Assembly: GCA_037445065.1 (NCBI GenBank)
Contig: JBBILD010000001.1
Span: 195,753-259,752 of the forward strand
From: Myxococcales bacterium
GTDB lineage: Bacteria; Desulfobacterota; Binatia; HRBIN30
Direction of reading: 5' to 3'
Length of the DNA: 64,000 bases
The position numbers and the translations under genes are program-made. This document shows positions 37,804 to 47,300 of this stretch, in pieces (the first letter of the stretch is position 1; each line of letters begins with the position of its first letter). The notes beneath the pieces are model-generated. The model was not told where the DNA came from. It did no database searches and worked only from the letters and a program-made list of their open reading frames with translations.

Positions 37804-38892
37804 TCAGCGAACCGTCTTGCGTAGGGCCTCGATCCATGTGCGCAGTTGGGTTCCGACGACCACCGGCTTGGAGCGCAGTTCCGCAAGGTTGCGCGAGCCA
37901 CTGAGAAGCATCGCGGTCTTGAGGCCGCGGATCAGATCCTGGATCAAATTGGCAGCCGCTTCTTTGCCACCGGCCCGGTAGGCGCGGAAAACAGGAAGGG
38001 CGGCGCCGCACAGAGTGGCGCCCAGAGCGAGGGCCTTAGCCATGTCCAGCCCACTGCGGATGCCGCCACTCGCGATCAGCACTGCGCCACAGTCGCGTAC
38101 GGAGGCGAGTGCAGCCGCGGTAGGAATGCCCCAGTTTTGGAACGTTTCCCCGAGCCGGCGGCCACGGCCATCCGCTCGGAGCGTCTCGACTTTGACCCAT
38201 GAGGTTCCTCCGGCTCCAGACACGTCGATGACCCTGACCCCGGCTCGGACCAGGCGGTGCGCCACCTCAGGCGAAACGCCGCAGCCCGTTTCCTTGGCAA
38301 CGATCGGGACCGAACAGCTCTGTGCGAGCCGCGCAAAGGTCGCTGTGCCGTGGCGAAAGTCTCTGTCCCCTTCGGGTTGAATGAGTTCTTGGGCGGGATT
38401 CAAGTGGACGCACAGCGCGTCTGCACCGACAGCGCGGACCAGCGCTTCGATGGTATCCGGACGGTGCTGCGCCGCTTGGGTGAGCCCGATATTGGCTAGG
38501 AGAAGGGTAGAAGGCGCGAAGTCACGAACCTGGTACGTCCACGCCGTGCTCGGCTCCGCTTCCATCGCCCGCTGACTGCCGAGTCCGAAGCCAATTCCGA
38601 GTTCTTCGGCAACGGTTGCGAGGTCGCGGTTTACGGCGAAAGCGTCGCCGGTGCCGCCGGTCATCCCGGTGATCACAATGGGTGCGCGCAACCTTTTGCC
38701 GAGAAACTCAAGTGAAGTGTCGAGTTCATTCCAACTGAGATCGGGCAGGGCGTTGTGGATAAGTTCGACATCTTCGAAGAGGGTCGTTTTCCCCACGTGC
38801 TCCACTGGTGCGCGGGCACACAGCTCGAGGTGAGAATGTTTGCGCTGCTCAATGGTGCTTGGAGCTGGCTTGGACTTCTCAAGTTTCGGCAT
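37804..38892 (-). CDS. fni: Type 2 isopentenyl-diphosphate isomerase (FMN-dependent)
   Basis: RKHSHL, ITGMTGG, LGSQR, ANIG, HLNPAQELIQPEGD, KETGCG, GAGGTSW, ASGGIRSG. Confidence 0.95.
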   Translation of the reverse strand: MPKLEKSKPAPSTIEQRKHSHLELCARAPVEHVGKTTLFEDVELIHNALPDLSWNELDTSLEFLGKRLRAPIVITGMTGGTGDAFAVNRDLATVAEELGIGFGLGSQRAMEAEPSTAWTYQVRDFAPSTLLLANIGLTQAAQHRPDTIEALVRAVGADALCVHLNPAQELIQPEGDRDFRHGTATFARLAQSCSVPIVAKETGCGVSPEVAHRLVRAGVRVIDVSGAGGTSWVKVETLRADGRGRRLGETFQNWGIPTAAALASVRDCGAVLIASGGIRSGLDMAKALALGATLCGAALPVFRAYRAGGKEAAANLIQDLIRGLKTAMLLSGSRNLAELRSKPVVVGTQLRTWIEALRKTVR

Positions 38893-39904
38893 AGGCAACC
38901 CCTTCCCTCGCCCAGTTCACGTCAAGCGTCGGGAAGCCGGCATCTTCCCAGGCAGCACGTAACTTGTTGCCCGCGCTCTCATTTGGCGCGAGTGCAAAGA
39001 CGCAGTCGCCTCCACCAGCCCCGGACCATTTTGCAGGCAGGCCCAAATCCCGCGCGATCGCGATCGCTTCTTCGATCTCGTGGCGAAAGACCGCAAACCC
39101 AGTACGCTGGGCAAAGTGGCGTAAAGCGTGCGTGGCGCAGCCCACCGGGTGGTGCAGGCTCCTTCCATGCTCGAGGGCGTATGCGAGGTCCCGAACCGCG
39201 CTGGCCGAATAATCGAGAAAACAGGCGTGGGCGGGTGGACAAACACGGCTGGCTAGGCGGTAACGAAGAATCCAATCGGTGGTGTCCGCAGGAACGCCGG
39301 TCCATGCCACCACAAGGGTGGGCCACGTGACCGGATGTACCGGACGGATCACGGGCTCGTCGGGAGTTTCCAGTTCGTACCAAAGGATCCCGCCGTACAC
39401 GCTGGCGGCCACGTCGGCGCCGCTGCCTGCCCCCCCCTGCGCCATTCGATGAGCCGAGAGTGCCCACTGGAAAACTGTTGGCCGTGCTTGTTCGAGGGCA
39501 ACACTCGGATGGCACAGTGAATACAGACCAGCCGTCACCGCGGCGCAAAAAGCCGCGCTCAACCCCAAGCCAAGTTTTTCTCCGATGCGCGGGCAGCGCG
39601 CTTGCGCAACAATCCGCAGGCCTGGCAAGATTTTCCGCGCTTGCTCGGTGGGAATCTGCCTCAGGCTGGCCAGCACAAAGCGGAGCGGTCCGGCTGGCTC
39701 CGGAAGTGCGGTAGGGCACAGCTCGAGGCGTTCTCCGATCTGAGGAGCGATCAAATGAAGACCGGCGATCCCGTTGGGCCGCTCGAAGCGAACCTCGACG
39801 CCTGGCGAGACCGCCGCGACTGCCGCCGGTGCCCCATCGAGCACGGCATACTCCCCGAGCAAGAACAGCTTACCGGGCGCAGTAACGGTCAACTGTGGTT
39901 TCAT
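38879..39904 (-). CDS. Phosphomevalonate kinase (GHMP)
   Basis: APGKLFLLGEYAVL, KLGLGLSAA, QGGAGSGADVAASVYGG, KWSGAGGGDC. ATGA overlap with mvaD. Confidence 0.85.
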   Translation of the reverse strand: MKPQLTVTAPGKLFLLGEYAVLDGAPAAVAAVSPGVEVRFERPNGIAGLHLIAPQIGERLELCPTALPEPAGPLRFVLASLRQIPTEQARKILPGLRIVAQARCPRIGEKLGLGLSAAFCAAVTAGLYSLCHPSVALEQARPTVFQWALSAHRMAQGGAGSGADVAASVYGGILWYELETPDEPVIRPVHPVTWPTLVVAWTGVPADTTDWILRYRLASRVCPPAHACFLDYSASAVRDLAYALEHGRSLHHPVGCATHALRHFAQRTGFAVFRHEIEEAIAIARDLGLPAKWSGAGGGDCVFALAPNESAGNKLRAAWEDAGFPTLDVNWAREGVAYAET

Positions 39905-40953
39905 GGACAAACCTCCCTCACCTGCACCCCTGGACCTGGCTCAGCGACGAGTACGCTCAGGCTCCCGATCTCGCTTAGGGCAACGATCACCCGCTCTTGG
40001 TCTGGAGGCTGGCAGAGGACTTTGACTTGTGGGCCGGCATCAATCGAGCAGTACGCTGCTACCCCACTTCGCCGCAGGTCCTGCACCCGCTGCAGCACAG
40101 CCACCGTTGCAGGCTCCCAGTACAGAAGGGCAGGCCGTGCTGCCATCATCAGCGCGTGCATCTTTAGAGCGCTGTGTTCGGCAATTTCTCCGAGACCGTG
40201 AAAGTCTCTTCGTAGAATTGCTTGACGAGCGAGGGTCAGATCGGCCTCCTGTTCTTTTTGCCATGCGGTAAAAAAGAGAGAGTGCTGTGTGAGCCGCATG
40301 CCATCGCTCGAACTCACGCGTTTCGGCTGTGAGTTGGTGACCGCAATGACCACCGAAAGCCGCCAGTGATCACTGGGGGCGATGGGTACGGCAACCGAGT
40401 CTTCTCCATCGGGACGCTCACCAGCGATCCACTCGACAAATCCTCCAAAAATGGAACGAGCGGCCGAGCCCGACCCACGCCGTGCGACCGCGGAAAGCCG
40501 GGTGGGGTCTAAGCCCAGCCCCAGGAACTTGTTCAGTGCGGCGGCCAGCGCCGCAAACGTGGAAGCCGACGAGGCGAGTCCCGCAGCAACCGGGAAATTG
40601 GTGTGAACTTCAACGGACAGTCTCACCTCCGTCCCGGCAATCGAGCGGGCGAAATCCAGAAACCGAACCAACTTTTTCTTAGCCGGCTGGGGTACTGGGG
40701 ATCCGTTCACCAGGATCTGGTCGCATTGGCTTTGCGTAACGCGGACCTCAGTTGCGAGCGGTGCGAGGGTGAGGGAGATGCTACCGACGGCCGGAAGATT
40801 GTGCTCCTCGTCCCGCTTGCCCCAATACTTTACTAGGGCAAGGTTGGCGTGCGCTTTGGCCCAAACGGCCTTTGCGACCGGCCCGTCCTGACCGATTGGA
40901 CTAAACCTGTCGGTTAGGATCCTGTTGCGCAACACCTTATCTGAGCAAACCAT
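39901..40953 (-). CDS. mvaD: Diphosphomevalonate decarboxylase
   Basis: AHANLALVKYWGKRD, NFPVAAGLASSAS, RRGSGSAARS, SSSDGM, SIDAGPQVK. Start may lie up to about 25 codons downstream. Confidence 0.95.
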   Translation of the reverse strand: MVCSDKVLRNRILTDRFSPIGQDGPVAKAVWAKAHANLALVKYWGKRDEEHNLPAVGSISLTLAPLATEVRVTQSQCDQILVNGSPVPQPAKKKLVRFLDFARSIAGTEVRLSVEVHTNFPVAAGLASSASTFAALAAALNKFLGLGLDPTRLSAVARRGSGSAARSIFGGFVEWIAGERPDGEDSVAVPIAPSDHWRLSVVIAVTNSQPKRVSSSDGMRLTQHSLFFTAWQKEQEADLTLARQAILRRDFHGLGEIAEHSALKMHALMMAARPALLYWEPATVAVLQRVQDLRRSGVAAYCSIDAGPQVKVLCQPPDQERVIVALSEIGSLSVLVAEPGPGVQVREVCP

Positions 40954-41040
40954 ATTTTTTGCTGTTTTGTCGCGACCAACGCCACCGGTTCCCGAGCGGA
41001 AGGTTTGGCTGGCCGAGCAATCTAAACCAAGCGGTCAGTA

Positions 41041-41069
41041 TGTATACGCGGTAGTTCTGACTCGGTCAA
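41041..41069 (-). promoter_or_regulatory. Sigma70-type promoter for the mevalonate-hopanoid operon
   Basis: Minus strand TTGACC (41069-41064), 17-bp spacer, TATACA (41046-41041), upstream of mvaD. Confidence 0.55.
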
Positions 41070-41100
41070 GAAGGCAGCACGATGAGGGAGCGCCAACCCC

Positions 41101-42777
41101 TCAGCGAATCGTTAGTTGATAGGGGAGGATCGCCCAAGCGTGAGGCCTTTCCAGGAGATCCAGGAGCGCGCGGGGAGGAACGGGCACTGGTTGTCTGCGA
41201 CGGACAGGGCGAAGCAGCATCTCGATCAAGCTGCGCGGGCGCGGAAACGGGACGACCGGGATCGGGTCATCAGGGTCAAAGCCCGCCAACTGTTTCGCTT
41301 CTCGGATTGCATCTTCGAGCCCACCCAGTTGGTCAACGAGCCCCATCTGCAGGGCTCGCTCGCCGGTCCACACCCGCCCGTTCGCGATCCTTTCGATCTT
41401 CTCTGGGCAGATGTGCCGTGCGTGCGCAACGAGTTCCTTGAAGCGCCGGTGAAATTCTTCGGCATGGCGCTGCAGGATGGCCGCCTCTTCTTCTGACAGT
41501 TCGGCATAATCCGAATGCAAGGCGGTGTGGGCTCCTCGTTCCACTCGGTCTTTGTCGATGCCAAGGTGGTCGTAAAGGCGGCGCAGGCGAAAACGGCCAC
41601 TCAGGACTCCAATGGACCCGGTAAGAGTCACGGCTTCGGCAACGACCAGCCAGCCGCCGAGTGCGAGGTAGTAACCGCCCGAGGCGGCGACGCTTCCTAA
41701 GGAGACGACCACCGGCTTGGCCTGGGCAAGCCGTTCGACTTCGTGCCAGAGCAGATCGGAGGCGACCGCCGAACCTCCCGGGCTATCAATGCGGATCACC
41801 ACGGCTTTCACGCCAGCCTCCTCCACGAGCTGGCGCAGGCAACGTTGGAACTCCGCGAAGCGGCCCGCTGCGCCCGGGAACAGCTTCCCATAGCCGTCCG
41901 GCATGATTGGGCCGCTTGCGTAGAGGAGCGCGACGCACCGTTTGCGGAAGCGCTTGCTCAGCCGTTTCAGTTCTCGTTGACGCCGCCGAACATACGTTGG
42001 GTACTCGATCATCGGTAAAGCGTCGCCGATTTGCTTTTGCAGCTTCTCGCCCGCGCTCAGGGGGTAGTCGACTTCGTCAACGAGCTTGGCTTCCAACGCT
42101 TCTGCAGCGCTGAAAGGTCCGCGGCTGCACACGGCGTGCGCCTGTTCCCCGTTCCAGCCACGACTCTCCGCGACCGCCGATACGACCTGCCGGTAAAGAT
42201 CGTCAACCAGTTGTTCCGCCATCTCACGATGCGCTGGGGACATCGAGGTACGGGTAAAAACCTCGGCCGCGGACTTGTAGGACCCGGCCTGGACGAAATA
42301 CGCTTCGACGCCGAGCTTCTCCATCGCGCGGGCGAAAAACATGGTCTCGATTGCGAGCCCGGCTAATTCCACGCCTCCTGCCGGACACACGAACAGTTTC
42401 CCTGCCGCGCTGGCGGCTACGTATTCTTGCACACTGGCGTGCGCGAGAACCACCCAAACGTGTTTTCCGGCGTCCTTGAGTTTGGCGATGCACCGGCGCA
42501 GCTCGAAGGCCTGTGCCCAACCGAGGTGAGCGTCCTGGAAAGACAGCAGCAGGGCGCGCAATTGAGGGTCGCAGCGGGCAGCGCGCAACACTGCGACAAG
42601 TTCCGCGAACGTACGTGGTCGCGAAGCGCCCCAAGGCGGAGGGGGTGTCTCCAGGAGTTCCCCCGAAACCTCGATGAACAGTGTTGCGTATGGCTTGCGA
42701 CTGCCCAAGAACCGCCGCAAGCCCTCACTGACAAAGTGAAACGGCACCTTTCCCCACATCCGCGAGCCTGCACGCAT
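41101..42777 (-). CDS. sppA: Signal peptide peptidase SppA, tandem-domain (67K-type) S49 protease
   Basis: N-domain GSYKSAAE (catalytic Lys); C-domain RIDSPGGSA, VAASGGYY (catalytic Ser), TGSIGV, GRVWTG. Confidence 0.92.
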   Translation of the reverse strand: MRAGSRMWGKVPFHFVSEGLRRFLGSRKPYATLFIEVSGELLETPPPPWGASRPRTFAELVAVLRAARCDPQLRALLLSFQDAHLGWAQAFELRRCIAKLKDAGKHVWVVLAHASVQEYVAASAAGKLFVCPAGGVELAGLAIETMFFARAMEKLGVEAYFVQAGSYKSAAEVFTRTSMSPAHREMAEQLVDDLYRQVVSAVAESRGWNGEQAHAVCSRGPFSAAEALEAKLVDEVDYPLSAGEKLQKQIGDALPMIEYPTYVRRRQRELKRLSKRFRKRCVALLYASGPIMPDGYGKLFPGAAGRFAEFQRCLRQLVEEAGVKAVVIRIDSPGGSAVASDLLWHEVERLAQAKPVVVSLGSVAASGGYYLALGGWLVVAEAVTLTGSIGVLSGRFRLRRLYDHLGIDKDRVERGAHTALHSDYAELSEEEAAILQRHAEEFHRRFKELVAHARHICPEKIERIANGRVWTGERALQMGLVDQLGGLEDAIREAKQLAGFDPDDPIPVVPFPRPRSLIEMLLRPVRRRQPVPVPPRALLDLLERPHAWAILPYQLTIR

Positions 42778-42859
42778 GAGCGTCGCTTAGCAAAGCGAAC
42801 AGCAGGGCTCGACAAAAACGCAATCGAGCCGCAGAGGAGCGCGGGCTACAGGTAGTGCC

Positions 42860-43273
42860 TCAGCGCGGCCTGCAGCGGCGTGGGGCTGGGGCGCGAGGCT
42901 TGTCACGCATCGGTACCGATTCCCCGTACTCGCGCTGGCGGGAGAGTTGGCGCTCCTTCCATTCGAGCAACCCGCGACGCAAATAATTGGGCTCGATACC
43001 TAAGATCTCGCATACGTTTTCGAAGGCGAACGGCCACGAGCGATCCGTGGAGCAAATCCATAGCTCCGCCTCGCGGAAAGCGTCCTGGTGTTTGCGTTTG
43101 CTTGCGAACAGGTGCTTTTGAAAGCATTCGACCGCATCTCTCAGCATGGCCTCGATCAGCCGTACGACCGGCTCTTGCCGCACGCGTTTCGCTGCGCCAG
43201 CCAGGTACTGGGACGGTAAGACGCTGTCTGGTTGGAGAAGGTGTTTGAACTGATCCGACCCGGCATCCGGCAT
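42860..43273 (-). CDS. Hypothetical helical protein, paralog of 22698-23270
   Basis: LPSQY...PVVRLIEAMLRDAV...REAELWICSTDRSWPFAFENVCEILGIEPNYLRRGL. AAAGGAG RBS upstream; 28 bp after the Rrf2 gene. Confidence 0.8.
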   Translation of the reverse strand: MPDAGSDQFKHLLQPDSVLPSQYLAGAAKRVRQEPVVRLIEAMLRDAVECFQKHLFASKRKHQDAFREAELWICSTDRSWPFAFENVCEILGIEPNYLRRGLLEWKERQLSRQREYGESVPMRDKPRAPAPRRCRPR

Positions 43274-43301
43274 GGCTGCGGCTCCTTTCCAAAAGTAGCC
43301 C

Positions 43302-43739
43302 TTAGACGACCATGCGCGCGTGACCATTCATCGCGCTCGGCAGTTGGGCATCTTCCAAAGTCGTCGAGTCGAAAACTTCCAGCATGCGGCGTTGGCCCTC
43401 GACCCAAACGCGTTGCATGGTACACGACGATAGCACCGCGCACTCCCGCTGCCGTGCGATGCAGAGATTTAAGGAAATCGGCCCTTCGACCGCCTCGATC
43501 ACTTGGCGGAAGGTGATGTCGCCGGCAGGTCGGGAAAGAGTGTAGCCGCCGTGAGCTCCTCGGTGAGACTGCACTAAGCCAGCGCGAATTAGAGCCCCGA
43601 TAATTTTTTCGAGAAACTTTTTCGGGATGCGGCGACGCAGGGAAATTTCGCTTACCGGGATGGGCCGTGTCGGTGGCTGCTCCGCAAGGTACAGGACGGC
43701 ACGCAGCGCATAATCTACCTTACGGCTGATCTGCATCAT
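43302..43739 (-). CDS. Rrf2 family transcriptional regulator (IscR/NsrR-like, three Cys)
   Basis: ISRKVDYALRA, FLEKII..L.RAGLVQSHRGAHGGYTL, VIEAVEG, CIARQRECAVLSSC. Confidence 0.93.
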   Translation of the reverse strand: MMQISRKVDYALRAVLYLAEQPPTRPIPVSEISLRRRIPKKFLEKIIGALIRAGLVQSHRGAHGGYTLSRPAGDITFRQVIEAVEGPISLNLCIARQRECAVLSSCTMQRVWVEGQRRMLEVFDSTTLEDAQLPSAMNGHARMVV

Positions 43740-43774
43740 GGCGGGCGCCGCCCTCCGGCCAACGAAAGCGGGTC

Positions 43775-43987
43775 TCACTCATTGTGGTCTTGCCACTCCT
43801 CCAGCCATCGCATCTGGATGGCCTCCAACTTTTTCTCGTTCGATGCTTTCGGATCGTCGTCGAAGTCTGGAAGTTCGGAAACCCAGCGGTGCAAATCCGT
43901 GAAGCGGACGCTCAGTGGGTGCACCTCCGGGTGGCGCTCGAAAAGCTGGATGGCGATTTCTTCCGTGTCCGTCCACTTGAGCCCCAT
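43775..43987 (-). CDS. iscX: Fe-S cluster assembly protein IscX
   Basis: MGLKWTDTEEIAIQL...VRFTDLHRWV.ELPDFDDDP..SNEKKLEAIQMRWLEE. Confidence 0.95.
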   Translation of the reverse strand: MGLKWTDTEEIAIQLFERHPEVHPLSVRFTDLHRWVSELPDFDDDPKASNEKKLEAIQMRWLEEWQDHNE

Positions 43988-44000
43988 GGTACTCCCCTGC

Positions 44001-45809
44001 TCAAGCCAGCTCGTCTACGCGTTTGTTTTCCAGTGCTGCGCGAATGGCCTCGTCCATGATGCGTCGAGCCAGCGGATCGGTGGCCTGTTTGAGGTCCTCG
44101 ATCCGGTCGCGAATCAAATTGTAGTCTTCCCCCTGCATGGCCTCTTCCAGCGCCGCCACAGCTCGATCGATCGCCGCCTGTTCTTCTGTGGGCACGTGGG
44201 TTGCGCTCAACTGCTTGCGGGTCACCCGCAAGAGCGACTCCGCATCGGTGCGCGCCTCGATCAACAAGCGTTGTCGCACGTCCTCCTCTGCGTGCTCGAA
44301 AGACTCCTCGAGCATACGCTCAATCTCCTCGTCCGTCAGTCCGTACGACGGCTTCACGTCCACGGACTGCTCGCGTCCTGTTCGCTTATCTCGGGCGGTG
44401 ACGTTGAGGATCCCGTTGGCATCGATGGTGAAAGTGACCTCGATGCGTGGCACTCCGGCCGGCTGTGGCTCGATTCCCCGAAGTTGGAAACGAGCCAAGC
44501 TGCGGTTGTCTTTGGCTAGCTCGCGCTCTCCCTGCAGGACGTGAAAGTCCACCGCGGTTTGGTTGTCGACAAAGGTTGTGAACTCTTGGCGAACCGAGCA
44601 GGGGATCGTGGTGTTGCGCTCGATGATGCGTTCCATCACCCCGCCCACGGTCTCGATGCCGAGGGAAAGAGGCACAACGTCGAGCAGCAGTACGTCGTCG
44701 GAGCGCCCGCTCAAAACCCCGGCCTGAACAGCAGCTCCAAGTGCGACAATCTGGTCGGGGTCGAGTTCCGTGTGTGGTTGGCGGCAAAAAAACTCCCTGA
44801 CGATGGCGCGTACCAGAGGCATGCGTGTCGCCCCCCCGACCAGAACAACGTCATCGAGATCCTTGTTCGATAGGCCGGCGTCGGAAAGTGCCTGGCGGCA
44901 CGGGTCGAGAGTGCGCTCTACGATCGGTCGCACGAGGTGTTCCAGTTGCTGGCGGTTGAGCCTACGCTGGTAGGTCCGGCCCAAGGCCTCGAACTGCACC
45001 ACGGTTTCGTCCTGCTCGGACAAAAGGCGCTTTGCTTGTTCCGCAGCGCTCAGCGCCGCCTGTAGGACATCGGGGTCGGTACGCGCGCTGTCCGGTACGT
45101 CCTCGAGGAGCACGTCCACGACGAGGCGGTCCATATCATCGCCACCGAGGCGAGTGTCCCCACTCGTCGAGAGAACCTCGAAGATCCCCTCGTGCAAGTG
45201 GAGAATGGATATGTCGAACGTTCCTCCGCCTAAGTCGTACACAGCGATGTGACCTTGTTTCTTCTTGTCGAGCCCGTATGCGAGCGCGGCAGCAGTGGGC
45301 TCATTGAGAAGCCGTACTACGTCTAACCCCGCCAGCCGGCCGGCATCGCGAGTTGCCTGGCGCTGAGAATCGTTGAAGTAGGCGGGCACCGTGATGATGA
45401 CCTGCTCTACCTCCTCGCCGAGGCCTACCCGCACCCATCGCTTGAGTTCGCTGAGAATCAACGCGGAAATTTCCGGCGGGGTGTACGTGCGCCCATGAAT
45501 CTGGAAGCGGACGATTCCTCCCCCCTCTTCCGGAGCGAAGGGGTACGCCTGGCGGTCTTCCGCTGAAACGTGCTCCCAGCCGAGCCCCATAAGGCGCTTT
45601 ACCGAGGCGATGGTTTCGCGCGGATGCTTGAGGGCCCGGGCCTTGGCTGCGTTTCCGACGACGTATTGGTCTGGCCCAAGAAAAGAAACGACCGAGGGTA
45701 ACAGTGGCGAGCCCGTTTCTGGGTCGCACACGATGTGGCTCGTACCCCCTTCTGAGTAAGCGATAAGACTGTGAGTGGTACCGAGATCGATTCCGTAAAT
45801 TCGTTTCAT
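44001..45809 (-). CDS. hscA: Fe-S chaperone HscA (Hsp70 family)
   Basis: [61 protein letters not shown]. Directly after hscB. Confidence 0.93.
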   Translation of the reverse strand: MKRIYGIDLGTTHSLIAYSEGGTSHIVCDPETGSPLLPSVVSFLGPDQYVVGNAAKARALKHPRETIASVKRLMGLGWEHVSAEDRQAYPFAPEEGGGIVRFQIHGRTYTPPEISALILSELKRWVRVGLGEEVEQVIITVPAYFNDSQRQATRDAGRLAGLDVVRLLNEPTAAALAYGLDKKKQGHIAVYDLGGGTFDISILHLHEGIFEVLSTSGDTRLGGDDMDRLVVDVLLEDVPDSARTDPDVLQAALSAAEQAKRLLSEQDETVVQFEALGRTYQRRLNRQQLEHLVRPIVERTLDPCRQALSDAGLSNKDLDDVVLVGGATRMPLVRAIVREFFCRQPHTELDPDQIVALGAAVQAGVLSGRSDDVLLLDVVPLSLGIETVGGVMERIIERNTTIPCSVRQEFTTFVDNQTAVDFHVLQGERELAKDNRSLARFQLRGIEPQPAGVPRIEVTFTIDANGILNVTARDKRTGREQSVDVKPSYGLTDEEIERMLEESFEHAEEDVRQRLLIEARTDAESLLRVTRKQLSATHVPTEEQAAIDRAVAALEEAMQGEDYNLIRDRIEDLKQATDPLARRIMDEAIRAALENKRVDELA

Positions 45810-46498
45810 CGAGAGTGTTTCTCCAGCGCCCGTTCGACGTCGCGCAGCAGGGTAGACAAGTACGAAAGGGCAGAAAGGATCCGCTTCAGTTCGGCAAGTT
45901 CCGCGCTCCCCGCGGCGCTTGGGAAACGAGCATAGAACTCTTCGAGCCTGGCGCGCAGTGCTGCGCAGCGCTCGACGATATGTTCGCGGACTCGCTCCAC
46001 CTCCGCTTGCCGCGCCGGATCTTGGGAGAACTCTTCCAAGAGCTCCTGAGTCTCGAAAACGAGGGCGGCCAAGTCCGGAGGCACTCCCTGGTTTCTCTTG
46101 CCGAGGGCTTCGCCGTGTAAGGTAAGCCAATACACGCCTCGGTCCTCGGGGTCCTTCAGCGTACGGTAGGCTTGGTTGATCAGTGCGGTATTGCGCAGGC
46201 TCGCCTGTCGCTCTTCTGGGCTCGAGGTCTGGAAACGGTCAGGATGCAACAGCCGGTGCAGTTCGTAGTAGCGTTGCTTGAGGAGGTTTTGATCCAGCGC
46301 AAGCGAACGCGGTAAACCGAAGACCTCGAAATAGTCAGTGTCTTCGGGAAACGGCTGGATAACTCCGCATCTCTGGCAGAACAGAAGCGAGCGCTCTTGC
46401 TCTCCACACCGCCAGCAACGCAGCGGCCTGCGGCCTGTCCCAACCTGGTGGGACTGTGGGGAAGCTTCGGCAAGAGGGGGTACGTTGGTTTCGCTCAT
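45806..46498 (-). CDS. hscB: Fe-S co-chaperone HscB with N-terminal tetra-Cys motif
   Basis: CWRC-x9-[14 protein letters not shown]-domain HPD (LHPDRF), [11 protein letters not shown]. Confidence 0.93.
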   Translation of the reverse strand: MSETNVPPLAEASPQSHQVGTGRRPLRCWRCGEQERSLLFCQRCGVIQPFPEDTDYFEVFGLPRSLALDQNLLKQRYYELHRLLHPDRFQTSSPEERQASLRNTALINQAYRTLKDPEDRGVYWLTLHGEALGKRNQGVPPDLAALVFETQELLEEFSQDPARQAEVERVREHIVERCAALRARLEEFYARFPSAAGSAELAELKRILSALSYLSTLLRDVERALEKHSR

Positions 46499-46512
46499 GA
46501 GCGGGGTTCCGG

Positions 46513-46836
46513 TCACACAGTAAACGAGGCACCGCAACCACAGGAGCGCTTCACGTTCGGGTTGCGCAGGGTAAAGCCCGACTGCATGAGGCCTTCGTTG
46601 TAGTCCAATTCGGTTCCGTTGAGGTAAAGGAAGCTCTTACGGTCGACCAAAATGCGCGCCGGTCCTTCGCCAAAGGCCTTATCGCCGGGTCGTTCGACGT
46701 CGAGATCCATCTTGTACTGAAGCCCCGAGCAGCCGCCTCCGACGACCTTGATGCGCAGGGCGACCCCTTCCTTTCCGCTTTGCTCAACCAGACTGCGAAT
46801 CTTTTCCGCGGCACGTTCAGAGATCGTGATAGCCAC
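46513..46836 (-). CDS. iscA: A-type Fe-S carrier protein
   Basis: GGGCSGLQY, YLNGTELDY, NPNVKRSCGCGASF. Confidence 0.95.
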   Translation of the reverse strand: MAITISERAAEKIRSLVEQSGKEGVALRIKVVGGGCSGLQYKMDLDVERPGDKAFGEGPARILVDRKSFLYLNGTELDYNEGLMQSGFTLRNPNVKRSCGCGASFTV

Positions 46837-46845
46837 AGAACACCC

Positions 46846-47268
46846 TCAGCCGTGCGCTGCCCTTTTTTCTTCCTTCTCTTCCGAGAGTAACCCTTTGCGC
46901 CGCTTCCAATCGGCAATTGCCGCTTTGATCGCGTCTTCCGCCAGCACGGAGCAGTGAATCTTGACTGGTGGCAAGGCGAGCTCTTCGACGATTTGGGTGT
47001 TTTTGATTTGCATCGCCTCCTCGAGCGTTTTCCCTTTCACCAGCTCCGTCACGTAGCTCGAACTTGCGATTGCGCTCCCGCATCCGAACGTTTTGAAACG
47101 CGCGTCTTGGATGACGCCGTCATCGGAGATCTTGAGTTGCAGCTTCATGACGTCGCCGCATTCTGGCGCGCCAACGATACCCGTGCCGACGTTGGGTTCG
47201 TCCTTTGCGAACGAGCCCACGTTGCGCGGATTCTCGTAATGATCAATCACCTTGGAACTGTAAGCCAT
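46846..47268 (-). CDS. iscU: Fe-S scaffold protein
   Basis: MAYSSKVIDHYENPRNVG, APECGDVM, FGCGSAIASSS, LPPVKIHC. Confidence 0.97.
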   Translation of the reverse strand: MAYSSKVIDHYENPRNVGSFAKDEPNVGTGIVGAPECGDVMKLQLKISDDGVIQDARFKTFGCGSAIASSSYVTELVKGKTLEEAMQIKNTQIVEELALPPVKIHCSVLAEDAIKAAIADWKRRKGLLSEEKEEKRAAHG

Positions 47269-47300
47269 AAACGAACCTCCTCGCGTCGAAAGGACCCCTG

